Positions 52,897 through 64,000 of a stretch of DNA of 64,000 bases are shown here, in pieces. The stretch is from positions 6,752,001 through 6,816,000 of the forward strand of contig CM000151.3 of NCBI GenBank assembly GCA_000004695.1. The letters run 5' to 3'. A model generated the notes under the pieces. That model made no database searches and was not told where the DNA came from. It saw only the letters and a list, made by a program, of their open reading frames with translations. Within the stretch, counting starts at the first letter, position 1. The number at the start of each line of letters is the position of its first letter. Made by a program: the position numbers and the translations under genes. Origin of the DNA: Dictyostelium discoideum (Eukaryota).

Positions 52897-53178
52897 CATC
52901 ATAATAATAATAATAATCATAATTAATATTATTTAGAAGACTATTTTGGGGATAAAAATCATTTTTTGGATTACTTGATAAAGAGGATGCTGTAGAGAAT
53001 TTTCCTTCAAAAAATATATTACCAGTTTTATTATTATTATTATTATTATTATTTTTATTTTTATTTTTATTTTTATTTTTATTATAATCTACATTTGTAA
53101 TATCAAAGGTTAATGGGTTTTTAACTCTATCTGATATATCAATTTCACGACTATCTCTATATCTTTTAACACCACAAA

Positions 53179-53213
<35 letters not shown>

Positions 53214-53473
53214 TTGATGGATGATGTTGAAGATGTACATGAATATGAAAAAGATGATGAAGTTGTTGATAAAGATGAAAATGTGGTAAAATCCTCACTA
53301 AAATCGGCTTTTTCAATATTTTCCTTATTTTCCAAATTAAATACTGAATAATCAATTTGTTTAAATAATTGTTGGATTTTAAATAATTCTTCTCTAATAT
53401 TTTTTAATTCATTATTACCATTATTATCCCTATCTCTTAATAATAATTTATGATCACTTTCAGTAGTTTCCAT
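52850..53473 (-). CDS. Hypothetical low-complexity protein (S-rich). The C-terminal polyY is read-through of an ATT repeat and is probably not coding
   Basis: The N-terminal 60 aa (METTESDHKLLLRDRDNNGNNELKNIREELFKIQQLFKQIDYSVFNLENKENIEK) look protein-like. The remainder is serine and N/K homopolymer. Confidence 0.3.
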
Positions 53474-54087
53474 ATTTTATTTATTTATTTATTTTTATTT
53501 TTTTATTTTTAAAATATTTATTTCCTAATTATGTTTATTATTGTTTATAAGTCCCTTTGGTTATATAATAATAAAAAAATAAAAAAAAATAAAAAAAAAA
53601 TAAAAAAAAAAATAATAAAAACAAAAAACAAAAAAAAAAAAAAAAAAAATATAAATAAAATAAATTAAAAAAATAAAAAACAAAACAATAACAAAAAGAA
53701 AATGAAAAAAAAAAAAAAGAATTATAAAAATTTGAAAAAAAAGACTAAACAAGTGTTTAAATAAATTTTAAAAAAAAAAAAAAATAAAAAAATATAAAAT
53801 AAAGGAAAAAAAGTTTATAAACTGATATTTTTGGTATGTTTAATTATTAAAAAAATTTTAAAAGTGATTATTTTTTTTTAAAAAAAAAAAAAAAAGATTT
53901 AAACTAATTACATTACATTTTTTTTATTTTATTTTTTTTTTTATTTTATTCTAAAATTGAAATTCTATGAATTTTTGTTTTTTTTTTTAAACACTATTCC
54001 ATTTTTTTCAAACAATCGAAATAGGAAAACAACCAATCGAAACAATTAAAAAAAAAACAATATAACCCTAATTTGGTTTTGTATTTA

Positions 54088-54135
<48 letters not shown>

Positions 54136-54162
54136 TTCTAATTCAAGTAATAGTTTATTTTA

Positions 54163-54515
54163 TTATAAAACTAAAGTATCTCTAATTCTATGAATAAATG
54201 AATGATTAAATATTTTTTTAGATTCTGAAATAATTAGTTCTAATTTTCCTTCATATGATAAATTTTGATCTTTTATATTTTTTTGACCAACATTTGAAAT
54301 TAATAAAAATAAATTATTCATTGATAAATTTGGAATTTGGTGATGACCTCCCTCTAATATTTTTTCTAAAAATCCTAATTCTTTCTCAATATTTTTATTA
54401 TCATTTTCTTCATTTATTTTAAATATATAAATTGAATTTTTATTATTTAAAGATTGTTTTTTAATTTTATCAATTATTTGATTATTTGAAAATTTTGAAA
54501 ATTGAATTATACTAC

Positions 54516-54555
<40 letters not shown>

Positions 54556-54938
54556 GTTATTATTATTATTATTATTAATATTACTATTATTAGTTGTAAA
54601 TAAATTTAATAAGAAATTAATAGTTTTATCATAATCATCTGTTGAAATATGAATTGATATTGGTCTTTTATAATTTTTATCATTTTGAATATTTGCAGAA
54701 TTTGATAAAATTTGAGATTTCATTGAATTTCCAAAATATTGAAATTCATCTGGATAATTAAATTTATTTATTAAATCTTTAAAATCTTTATCAGCAACAT
54801 AACTACTTGCTTTATTTTTATTATCTTTTAAAAATGGATATCTATCATTAAAAACTATTGCAATGAGTACTATCAAAAATAAATAAATTATTATTTTTTT
54901 TTTATTTTTTTTTTCATTTTTATAATCTTTAACTTTAA

Positions 54939-54996
<58 letters not shown>

Positions 54997-55386
54997 ATTA
55001 CTATTATTATTTAATATATTTGGTTTTTGTTTTTGAGGAGAAGAGGAAGAAGAAGAAGAAGAGGTTGATAATGGTGGTGGTGGTGTATTTAAAAGTGAAG
55101 ATGATCTTGATTGAACTATAATTTCCTCCTTTTTATAAAAACTATTATTATTTATAGTTTTTGGTAAATATTTTTTTTTGTCAGTATTATTGATGTTGTA
55201 ATTTTCTTCATCAGTTTCAGACTCTTCTTCGCTATCATCTTTGTCATCATTTTGAGTTTCGCTATCGGAACTATTTTGATTTTCAGTTATTGAATTTTCA
55301 TCATCTTCATCTTTTTCATAATATTCATCTTTTTTGTAATTATTTTTAGTAATTTCTAAATTATCTGTATAATATTCAATTTCCAT
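54163..55386 (-). CDS. Hypothetical single-pass membrane protein (acidic N-terminus, one TM helix IIIYLFLIVLIAIVF, N-rich spacers), 407 aa
   Basis: ORF with ATG, an acidic cytoplasmic N-terminus, a hydrophobic segment and a C-terminal region of normal composition (…ELGFLEKILEGGHHQIPNLSMNNLFLLISNVGQKNIKDQNLSYEGKLELIISESKKIFNHSFIHRIRDTLVL). No family recognised. Confidence 0.5.
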
Positions 55387-55403
55387 CTATCTTTCTATCT
55401 CTT

Positions 55404-55478
55404 TTTTGTTGTTTTATAACTTGAGGGATTGAAAAAAAAAGGAAAAAAAAAAAAAAAAAATTAAATAAAATTAGTGGG

Positions 55479-55509
<31 letters not shown>

Positions 55510-55545
55510 CCTTTTTTGTTTTATAACTTGAGGGATTGAAAAAAT
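55404..55545. repeat. ~30-bp direct repeat (TTTTGTTTTATAACTTGAGGGATTGAAAAAA) present twice ~105 bp apart in the 5' flank of the minus-strand gene at 54163..55386
   Basis: Read directly in the sequence at about 55404-55436 and 55510-55545. Confidence 0.7.
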
Positions 55546-55797
55546 AAAATAAAAAAAAAAAGAATTAAATTAAATTCATTTTGGTAATTTTAATTTTTTG
55601 ATCATTTAAATAGATTAAAAGAAACAATTGCATCTTCTTTTATTTAACTAAAAACTATTTTATTTTATTTTTTTTTTATTTTTTTTTTTATTTTTTTTTT
55701 ATTTTTTTTTTTTCCCACAACCCAAAATAAAATTTTTTTAAAATTTGAAAAAAAAAAAAAAAAAAAAAAAAAAAACAAATAAAATAAAAAATAAGAA

Positions 55798-56245
55798 ATG
55801 ACCATTTTTAAAAAAGGTATTGAAAAAATTCAAAAATCTAATAAAAATATCATTATTAGATCTTATTCAAGTAGGTACAGATTTAATAATTATTAAAAAA
55901 TCCATATTTATATAAAAAAAAAAAAATTAATTTTAAAAAAAAAAAAAAAAAAATATATATATATGTATAGAAAGTAGGTATGAAGAAATTGTAAAATTAA
56001 GAGAAGGTTATAGTAGTGCACAAGTTGAAGAAAATGATTTATCAAAAGAAATTATGGATAGAATAAAAGATAGAAGAAAACAACAACCAAATTATCGTGA
56101 TGATATTAATGATGATTCTACTGTATATTCATCAAGAAAAGATGAACAATTTAAAGAACAAAGTCATTTAATAATAAATGGAAGAAAAGTTTCTTGTGAC
56201 ATACCAAAAGATCAAGTAGAAGTTGTATCTCTTAAAGATTATTAA
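55798..56245 (+). CDS. Putative small protein (~116 aa, 2 exons) with a basic, presequence-like N-terminus
   Basis: Exon 1 is 55798..55874 (MTIFKKGIEKIQKSNKNIIIRSYSS-, donor GTACAG). The intron ends …ATATATATGTATAGAAAG. Exon 2 is 55975..56245 (…RYEEIVKLREGYSSAQVEENDLSKEIMDRIKDRRKQQPNYRDDINDDSTVYSSRKDEQFKEQSHLIINGRKVSCDIPKDQVEVVSLKDY*), which contains track ORF 56054..56245. Confidence 0.35.
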
Positions 56246-56700
56246 TAATAAAAAAAAAAATTATAAAATAAAATAAAATAAAAAAAACTTTGTACATAAA
56301 AGAAAAGCAATTTGCGATAGCGAGAGATACCACCCAATTTTTTATTTTTTTTCATTTTTTTTTCATTTTTTTTTTATTTTTTTAATTTTTTGGAGTTCGT
56401 AAATGGGCAATTATTTTTAATGTGACAAAAAGTTGTCGAGTTTTTTCAATTTTTTACTTTTTTTTTTTTTTTTTCGTATTTTTTTTATTTTTTTTTTTTG
56501 GGCTAACCTAAAATTTTTTTTTTTTTTCTTTTTTTTTTTTCTTCCTTTCCACTATCAACAATATTGTTATACTTGAAACAGGTACAGATACACCCTTTGT
56601 TATTAATTTAAAATGTTTAAATGTCAAACTTTATTGTATTCAATTTTAATTGATACAGCATTGCACACACATGCATTTCAAATAATAATCATCCAATAGG

Positions 56701-56778
56701 TAAAGTAAACATTATGAATCAATTTGAAATTATCTTTAGCGTACAATTAAAATAATTTCAAACATAATGTTTACTTTA
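56701..56778. other. Extended near-perfect hairpin (16-bp stem + 6-nt bulge + 11-bp stem, 18-nt loop): candidate structured ncRNA or regulatory element
   Basis: TAAAGTAAACATTATG-aatcaa-TTTGAAATTAT-ctttagcgtacaattaaa-ATAATTTCAAA-CATAATGTTTACTTTA. It sits in a locally less AT-rich patch (56560-56860), about 400 bp upstream of rps15a. Confidence 0.5.
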
Positions 56779-57159
56779 GAGACCTACTTTTAAATACAAA
56801 AAGGATATCTCATCTCTGCACTCAAGTATAAACCTCTTGCAGCTCTAGAGGATTATATATTTTTTTTTAAAAAAAATAGAGATAAAGTCCCAGAATATTT
56901 AAAATAAAAATAAAATATTATTTTAACTCCAAAAAAAAAAAACCAAAACCAAAAAAAATTAGCATCATTCAAAAAGATATTTTGGAATTTTTTTTATTTT
57001 TGGATATAAAATATATTTATATTTTTTTGGAAATTAGATAATTAATTGACTGATGTGTTTAGAGACAAATTAAAGCATTTAAGTATAAAATTTTAAAAAA
57101 TAAAATATTAACCCCCCTTTATTTTTTTTTATTTTTTTTTCTCTTTTAACAGATACAAA

Positions 57160-57552
57160 ATGGTCAGAATCAGTGTTTTAAACGATTGCTTAAACTCCAT
57201 TGTCAATGCCGAAAGACAAGGTAAAAGACAAGTCTTAGTCAGACCATCATCAAAAGTCATCGTTAAATTCTTAGAAGTTATGATGAAAAAGAGATACATT
57301 GGTGAATTCGAAATCGTTGATGACCATCGTTCCGGTAAAATTGTCATTGATTTAATCGGTCGTATCAACAAATGTGGTGTCATCTCCCCAAGATTTGACG
57401 TTACTTTAGACGAAATCGAAAAATGGGCCTCTTACTTACTCCCATCCCGTCAATTCGGTCATATCGTCCTCACCACCTCCCTCGGTATCATGGACCACAA
57501 CGAAGCCAAAACCAGACACACTGGTGGTAAATTATTAGGTTTCTTCTATTAA
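57160..57552 (+). CDS. rps15a: 40S ribosomal protein S15a (uS8)
   Basis: The 130-aa ORF is near-identical along its length to eukaryotic RPS15A: [89 protein letters not shown]…[35 protein letters not shown]. Confidence 0.95.
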   Translation: MVRISVLNDCLNSIVNAERQGKRQVLVRPSSKVIVKFLEVMMKKRYIGEFEIVDDHRSGKIVIDLIGRINKCGVISPRFDVTLDEIEKWASYLLPSRQFGHIVLTTSLGIMDHNEAKTRHTGGKLLGFFY

Positions 57553-57777
57553 ATTGCTAGTCTTTTTTAAATAAAATTAAAATATTATTTAAATCCTTTA
57601 AAATTTCTTTTTTTTTTTTTTTTTTTTTTTTTTTTCTTTTTCTTCCAAAGCCTTAATTTATTAGTTTCTAATAATAAAATTATCGTAGTGTGTTTATTTT
57701 TAACAAAACCTTAAATTTAAACTAACAATAAATAAAAAATATATTTTCTATACAAAATTGGTGTTTATTAACAATTA

Positions 57778-59185
57778 TTATAATGGTGGATGTAATGTTT
57801 CTTTTTTAATTAGTTTCGTAGGTTTTAAATATTCTATAGTATTATCTAATTTTCCAATTACAATCGTCTTATCACCATTATTTTCAACTTGACCAATAGA
57901 CAGGGTGTGACACCAATCATCCAATGAATGGTCACATATTACCTAAATGTTTTTTTTTTTTTTTTTTTTTAAAATAAAGGTTAGGAATTAAGAATTTATA
58001 AACAATAATGAAAATATATTATTTAAACATACCTCTTTATTATAAAACATTTTTATTGAATTAAAATAACCAGTACATATCAAAATATCTAAATCATCGT
58101 CAACATCATCATCATCATCATCACCATTTGAATTATTATTACCATTATAATTATTATCATTATCATTATTATTTATATCAGAGTATTTCATTTTATTTAA
58201 TTTTGTAATCGGATAACCAATTTGACAATAAGGATATATTTTAAAATCAACTAATAAATATATGAAACCATTCTCACAACCTAAAGCTATTTGTGGTGAT
58301 AATGAAGCTGAAGATGAAGAAGTTGAATTTGAATTTGAAGAAGCATTTGATGATGGTGATGATGTTGAAAGGTTTGAATCAAAATAACCAATACACATAC
58401 AATTAACAGGTGATGGTGTTGGAATTGAACATAATCTTTTACCTTGATCAAGTATATGAATAAATGATGCATTTTCACTAATGACTAAATAATTGAATTT
58501 ATTTTTAAACATATCATATCCTTCAACTGATTTCATATCCTTTATATGTAATGATGTTCCAATAGTATTTGTTGTATCATAATTAATTTTTATATTTGGA
58601 TTAATTGCAATAATATCTGAATCTATTAATGAATTTAAAGTTTGATTTACACTTGGTATTTTATATCTCCAAATTGCATTTTGATGTGGTTTTATTGACG
58701 TCACTAAACCTAAACTATCTCCAACTACAATATTAAAATCATTATCTTTTTTTTTTTTTTAAAAAATAATATTTAAATTTTATTATTAATAATAGTTAAA
58801 ATAAATTATATAATAATATATATATTTTATTAATATACTTACTTGATAGTCTGTGAGTAATTATTGAAGTGATTGAACCATTGAGAGTATCTCTATATAG
58901 GATTTGATGATTTGAAAAAATAACTAAATTACCATTTGAATCACCTGAAATTACATCTATTGATCCAAATTTAGTTGTGTCTAATAATTCTAATTGTTGT
59001 ATTGATGAACCCTTTGTTTCTAATACTTCAATTTCTTCATCATTTAAATAAACTATAATCTTTCCATCAACAGTCCCAATCAATAAATGTTTATTTGTAC
59101 TTTTAAAAATTTCACCAACTAATATACAATTAAAATCATATCCAATTACTTTTTTAAACTTTGAAATTAATTCAATATTTATCAT
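57778..59185 (-). CDS. Beta-propeller (WD40-like) repeat protein of unknown function, 3 exons (~406 aa)
   Basis: Exon 1 is 58843..59185 (MINIELISKFKK…ITHRLS-, donor GTAAGT). Exon 2 is 58033..58745 (-NDFNIVVGDSLGLVTSIKPHQNAIWRYK…MFYNKE, donor GTATGT). Exon 3 is 57778..57942 (VICDHSLDDWCHTLSIGQVENNGDKTIVIGKLDNTIEYLKPTKLIKKETLHPPL*). All junctions are in phase. The 'M' of track ORF 57988..58704 is a GTG inside exon 2. Repeated G-[DS]-x-x-G-x-h-x-h motifs suggest a propeller. Confidence 0.55.
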
Positions 59186-59259
59186 TATTATTATTATTTT
59201 GAAATAATAAAAAAAAAAATAAAAAAAAATAAAAAAAAAAAAAAAAAAAAAAAAAAATG

Positions 59260-59290
<31 letters not shown>

Positions 59291-59792
59291 TTAATAATAA
59301 ACCCGTTCTACCCTTTTTAATTTTCATAATAATTATTATTTTAAAAAAATCCTTTTTAGGACCAAAAAAAAAAGTAAAAAAAGTGGAGAATCTATTTACT
59401 AGTATAAATAATTTCTACAATTTAGTTTTTTATTGTCATCAATGCATCCATATTTAGTAAAATGACTTTGTGACTCTGTGCGGAATTCAAACACATAGGT
59501 ACTAATAAAATGATAGAGAAAGGAAATATTTATGGTTTATGTCAATTTTCCGTATCCAGTGTCATATTATAAATCTATCTATGCACTATGACAAATTTGA
59601 TTGAAAAAAAAAAAAATGTTCTGGACCCAGAAATAAAATTATTATTATTGGTTTATTTAAATTGTGTTATAATGTATCAATTTAAGAATTTTCATTAAAA
59701 ATTTATTTATATTTTAAATTGGTTGATAAAAAAAAAAAAAATTGATTTTCTTACGATCGTGGGGTCGCACTCTAAATTTAATAATAATTAAA

Positions 59793-62683
59793 ATGAATAA
59801 TGAATGTAATGAATATAGTGAAAAATTATTTTGGAAAATTTTTAAAAATAAATATTTATTAAATTGTATATTTAAAAATAAATGTTGTCATAAAAGTAAA
59901 AAATTTAAAACAATTGCATCAATAAATTCAATTTTAAAACATAAACAATATCAACTGTTGGTATGTAAATTAAAAGCAAATGAAAATTTGTATTTTAACA
60001 ATACATACAGAATTATTGAAAAGATTTATGAAATAAAAGATATAGAATTATTCAAAGAGTTAAATTCATTATTACTCACCAAAGGTTATCAAGAAGATGT
60101 TAAAATTTTATTTGATGGCGACTGTGATATAAAATCAGCAGATTTATTCGATCTTCATTTACAATATCACCCAAAAGAATTACAAACCTATATTACAACA
60201 TCTATAGACTCAATCATCCTATATAATAATCCAAAATTGATAATAGTGGTTTTAAAAATTTTAGAACAGTATATCAATGATAGTAAACCATTTACTCTAA
60301 CAGAAATTGAAAGAAATTATTTCATTGGGGAATATTCAGAAATTGGTAAACATAGAGACCAGGAAATTATTGAAGAATGGATTAAAATGATATCGAATAT
60401 TCCAATATCACCAACTTCTATATTAGGTACCAGAGAATATAAAGTAATTCGAGGTGTGGATCTGTGTTGGTATTTAAAATATCAAAAATTACTACCTATG
60501 GTGTATAGTATCAAAACATCATTTGATTCAGAGGAGAATCAACGATTTGGTTTATATAAAAGTATTGAGCAACATGGTGTTAATCTGTCGAATAATAGTT
60601 TAAGTTTAGTTTCAAGTTTTCGTTGAGGCTTTGATAAATGTATTAAAGAGCACATAGAAGATGTCAAAGGAGAATTGGGGTATATCTCTTCATCTATCGA
60701 TTCAGTTTTATTATATTTTGAATTTTATTATTGCAACTATCATGTTAATAGTAAATCAAAAAGTATACCAACATCGATTCAAACTCAAATTGATATAATA
60801 ATTCAAAATAATAAACCATATCAATCAATTAAACAATTGTTTCAACTATTGGTCAATGAAACCAAATCAATTGTTTTATATGCATGTTATTTAAAAGAAT
60901 ATAATGAACCAATTGAAACCATTCAAACCTGCCAAAAAATTCAGTTATTGTTGATGTATTTCATGACAAGAGCTTATAACACCAATGTTTTAATGTTTCT
61001 ATTGAAAAAAGATTTACAAATCAAATTAACTTCGGACTATAGCGAACCATATCTCAACATTTTATTCAGATGTAATCAAATCGATAAAACCAATACTATT
61101 ATATTCTACAATACCTATACATCACAAAAATCAATCATTGCGGAAGATATTGATAAAAAACCACTGGATGATTTAATATCAACAAAGGATCTTGTTGATT
61201 TTGGTAATAAACAATTTCATTCAATTTTAGGTAATGAGTCATCATCGAAATGGAAAGAAATTACATCAAATCTAATTGATCATGATAATATTGTTACAAT
61301 TAAAGATAAAGAAACAATCGATTGGTTATCAGATAGAAACAGGTGGTTGTAGTATTTTAAATATAAGAGATGCTTTACATTCAAAATTAAAACAAATGAA
61401 ACTTGATTTTAGTACATCGGAATTATTAGAATATGCAAGAATCAAATTTAAACAAGTAATTCCAATTTTAGATTCAAATAAAGAGTTGTGTAATATTCAC
61501 ATTTTACGTACTCATGATGATATTGTATCATTAATCAATCGTTTAAACCAATCAAACTTTAATAACAATGAAGATTTATTTAAATATTATATGATTCAAC
61601 TAATTCAATTTGGTTCAAGAAATTCAATTAAATACCTAAGATCAATTTGTGATAATGTTGGTGAAATAGATTTTGTTTTAAAAATCATGGTTGAACATTT
61701 TAATATTGAAGAATACTCCCTAGGAGCAGATATTCAGGATGATTCACCAAGCTATCATCAAAATGATGAATTCAACAAATACAAAATACCAACTCAACAA
61801 ACATGTCAAATAATCAATCTCTCAAAAATTAAAGTCAATGTCGACCACTTTCCAAATACAACTTCTCATTCAAACATTTATCAAACTTTTAAATTTTGAA
61901 GGTGTTCAATTTATTCTAGAAAATTTAAATGGTAAAAATTTAGAATTAAATGAAAAAGCATTTAAAGATCGTTTCCGTAATAGAATATATATCTCCAAAT
62001 ATTCATATAAAGATTTAATTGATTTTATTCAATTTTTAATTGATAAATTCAAAGATTGTCAATTATCATTATCAAATTTATCATTGATATTAAATTACTT
62101 ATTTTTAAAGTTAATTAGAGTCAATAGTTTAACAATTGGTCAAATCAAAAAAGCATATCAATTAATATCACACTATATTGAAATAAATCGTTCAAAACAC
62201 AATTCATACTATTATTTAAAAACATTATCACCAATTATTGGATCATGTATTACCGTTGGTGAAGATCCAACAAATGGTTCTAAAAGAAATGGACCATACT
62301 TTAATTATGATATAGATACATCAGTATATACATTTGAATATATATTTAAAAATAATAATCCAAGAATCAATTTATTTTTTCATTATTTCGAAATGGAATT
62401 AGTAGAAAAAAAAAAGATAAACCAAATCAAAGAACCATTTTTAAATTTTAAACTATTGAAATTAATAATTAAAACATTTGATTTGGAGTCATTTATTAAA
62501 TTTGATAGTTTATTACAACAACATGAATTCAATTTAAAAAGAAAGAACCATAATGTTGTTAATGGTGAGCAAGAGGATGCAAATGATTCAAATTTTTTTA
62601 ATATAAAAGTACAGTTTCGTGTGTTGGTGAGACCCCTTTCAATTTTTTTTGTGTGTGTGATGGTGAGACCCCATGATTCTTGA
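59793..62683 (+). pseudogene. Decayed paralogue (member B) of the 37174..40248 gene family: one in-frame TGA nonsense codon and at least two frameshifts
   Basis: It is collinear with member A, but split into four track ORFs. There is a TGA at 60624-60626 in the same frame (…LVSSFR*GFDKCIKEH…), where member C reads …NFCYGFDKSIKEH…. There is a 1-nt deletion near 61340 (AGAAACAGGTGG versus ACAAAAATAGGTGG in member A). A further frame change lies near 61840-61900. Confidence 0.65.
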
Positions 62684-62861
62684 ATAACAAAGAAAAAAAA
62701 TTAATTTATTTTATTATTTTTTATTTTTAATTTCTTTTTTTTTTGTTTTTGGTTGGTTTATTAAAAATAAAAATTAATTTTTTAAAAAAAAAATATATAA
62801 TCAAACTCTAAGTTTTTAACAAAAACAACAATCATAATAATAATTAATAGTAATATTAATA

Positions 62862-62870
<9 letters not shown>

Positions 62871-62950
<80 letters not shown>
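62871..62950. repeat. (AAT)n microsatellite between family members B and C
   Basis: Read directly in the sequence. Confidence 0.95.
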
Positions 62951-62956
<6 letters not shown>

Positions 62957-63000
62957 TTAATAATAATAAATAATAATAATAAATAAAATAAATAATTAAA

Positions 63001-64000
63001 ATGAATAATGAATATAATGAATATAGTGAAAAATTATTTTGGAAAGTTTTTAAAAATATATATTTATTAAATTGTATATTTGATAATAAATGTTGTTACA
63101 AAAGTAAAAAATTTAAAACAATCACATCAATAGATTCAATGTTAAAACATAAACAATATCAAATTTTGATATGTAAATTAAAAGCAAATGAAAATTTGAA
63201 TTTTAAGAGTACATATAGAATTATTGAAAAAATTTATGAAATAAAAGATATAGAATTATTCAAAGAGATAAATTCATTATTACTCACCAATGGTTATCAA
63301 GAAGATGTTAAAATTTTATTTGATAGTGACTGGGATATAAAATCAGCAGATTTATTCGATCTTCATTTAAAATATCACCCAAAAGAATTACAAACCTATA
63401 TTACAACATCTATAGACTCAATCATCCTATATAATAATCCAAAATTGATAATAATGGTTTTAAAAATTTTAGAACAGTATATCAATGATAGTAAACCATT
63501 TACTTTAACAGAAATTGAAAGAAGTTATTTCATTGGGGAATATTCAGAAATTGGTAAACATAGAGATCAGGAAATTATTGAAGAATGGATTAAAATGATA
63601 TCGAATATTCCAATATCATCAACATCAATATTAGGTACCAGAGAATATAAAGTAATTAGAGGTATGGATCTGCGTTGGTATTCAAAATATCAAAAATTAC
63701 TACCTATGGGGCATAGTATCAAAACATCATTTGATTCAAAGGAGAATCAACGATTGGATATATTTAAAAATTTTGGGCAACATGGTGTTAATCTCTCCAC
63801 CAAAAGTAAAAGTGCAAGTTTAGTTTCAAATTTTTGCTATGGCTTTGATAAAAGTATTAAAGAGCACATAGAAGATGTCAAAGGAGAATTAGGGTGTATA
63901 TCTACATCTATCGATTCAGTTTTATTGTATTTTGAATTTTATTATTGCAACTATCATGTTAATAGTAAATCAAAAAGTATACCAACATCGATTCAAACTC
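63001..64000 (+). CDS. Member C of the same gene family, 5' end. 3'-partial (runs off the window)
   Basis: MNNEYNEYSEKLFWKVFKNIYLLNCIFDNKCCYKSKKFKTITSIDSMLKHKQYQILICKLKANENL… It is about 90% identical to member B over the first roughly 330 codons. The frame is open to the end of the window. Confidence 0.7.
   Translation, partial: MNNEYNEYSEKLFWKVFKNIYLLNCIFDNKCCYKSKKFKTITSIDSMLKHKQYQILICKLKANENLNFKSTYRIIEKIYEIKDIELFKEINSLLLTNGYQEDVKILFDSDWDIKSADLFDLHLKYHPKELQTYITTSIDSIILYNNPKLIIMVLKILEQYINDSKPFTLTEIERSYFIGEYSEIGKHRDQEIIEEWIKMISNIPISSTSILGTREYKVIRGMDLRWYSKYQKLLPMGHSIKTSFDSKENQRLDIFKNFGQHGVNLSTKSKSASLVSNFCYGFDKSIKEHIEDVKGELGCISTSIDSVLLYFEFYYCNYHVNSKSKSIPTSIQT

Noticed and set aside
56561-56700. 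Short ATG-initiated ORF (MFKCQTLLYSILIDTALHTHAFQIIIIQ*) just 5' of the 56701 hairpin, which begins GTAAAG and ends TTTAG, suggesting an exon-intron pair
   Set aside because: The ORF ends in TAG exactly at the putative donor, so splicing would not extend it. There is no downstream coding continuation on either strand.
59793-62683. Interpreting the four fragments of family member B as exons of an intact spliced gene
   Set aside because: The first break is an in-frame TGA with no GT…AG. The others are frame changes at places where paralogues A and C are continuous.

Overview
This 64-kb window is AT-rich nuclear DNA (roughly 75-80% A+T) with the hallmarks of Dictyostelium discoideum. Long (AAT)n and (CAA)n microsatellites encode polyN, polyQ and polyT tracts inside ORFs. 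Introns are short (about 90-140 nt), AT-rich and of the GTAAGT/GTATGT...AG type. Intergenic regions carry A or T homopolymer runs of tens of bp. The supplied ORF track evidently accepts TTG and other non-ATG starts and prints them as M: the 'M' at 25353, 31725 and 263 reads TTG in the sequence. Several ORF 'starts' are therefore really internal exon boundaries. My own exon and intron coordinates were counted by hand and may be off by 1-2 nt. By homology and motifs I read the following. (1) The 3' 7.5 kb of a huge MyTH4-FERM myosin (MyoG-like), 5'-partial. (2) A secreted GH18 di-N-acetylchitobiase-like protein. (3) A 3-exon ACAP-type ArfGAP (BAR-PH-ArfGAP-ANK). (4) A tRNA cluster (two tRNA-Phe-GAA in inverted orientation plus tRNA-Pro-UGG). 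It flanks a quasi-palindromic pair of TRE-like non-LTR retrotransposon copies, a 3' retroelement fragment and 13-bp tandem-repeat arrays, around a 100-N gap that is directly abutted by 37 bp of pCR-TOPO cloning vector polylinker. (5) A large minus-strand gene encoding an unusual RCC1-repeat plus protein-kinase plus HECT chimera, with a probable upstream first exon. (6) The CSA/ERCC8 WD-repeat orthologue (2 exons). (7) A roughly 2150-aa gene that I reconstruct by joining two track ORFs across a 90-nt GTAAGT intron: low-complexity N-terminus, Walker-A NTPase-like region, polyQ, F-box-like motif and a long cysteine-type LRR domain. (8) A putative unannotated 3-exon minus-strand small gene. (9) An intact 1024-aa member of a lineage-specific gene family, whose paralogue about 20 kb downstream has decayed (in-frame TGA plus two frameshifts) and is followed in tandem by a third copy running off the window end. 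(10) Protovillin-like villin, 959 aa in 2 exons. (11) Long-form RNase Z (ELAC2-like, 2 exons). (12) A 3-exon G-protein alpha subunit with atypical features. (13) Ribosomal protein S15a. (14) A 3-exon beta-propeller-like protein. The window also holds several hypothetical genes and striking hairpins. No CRISPR arrays or prokaryotic-type systems are present.
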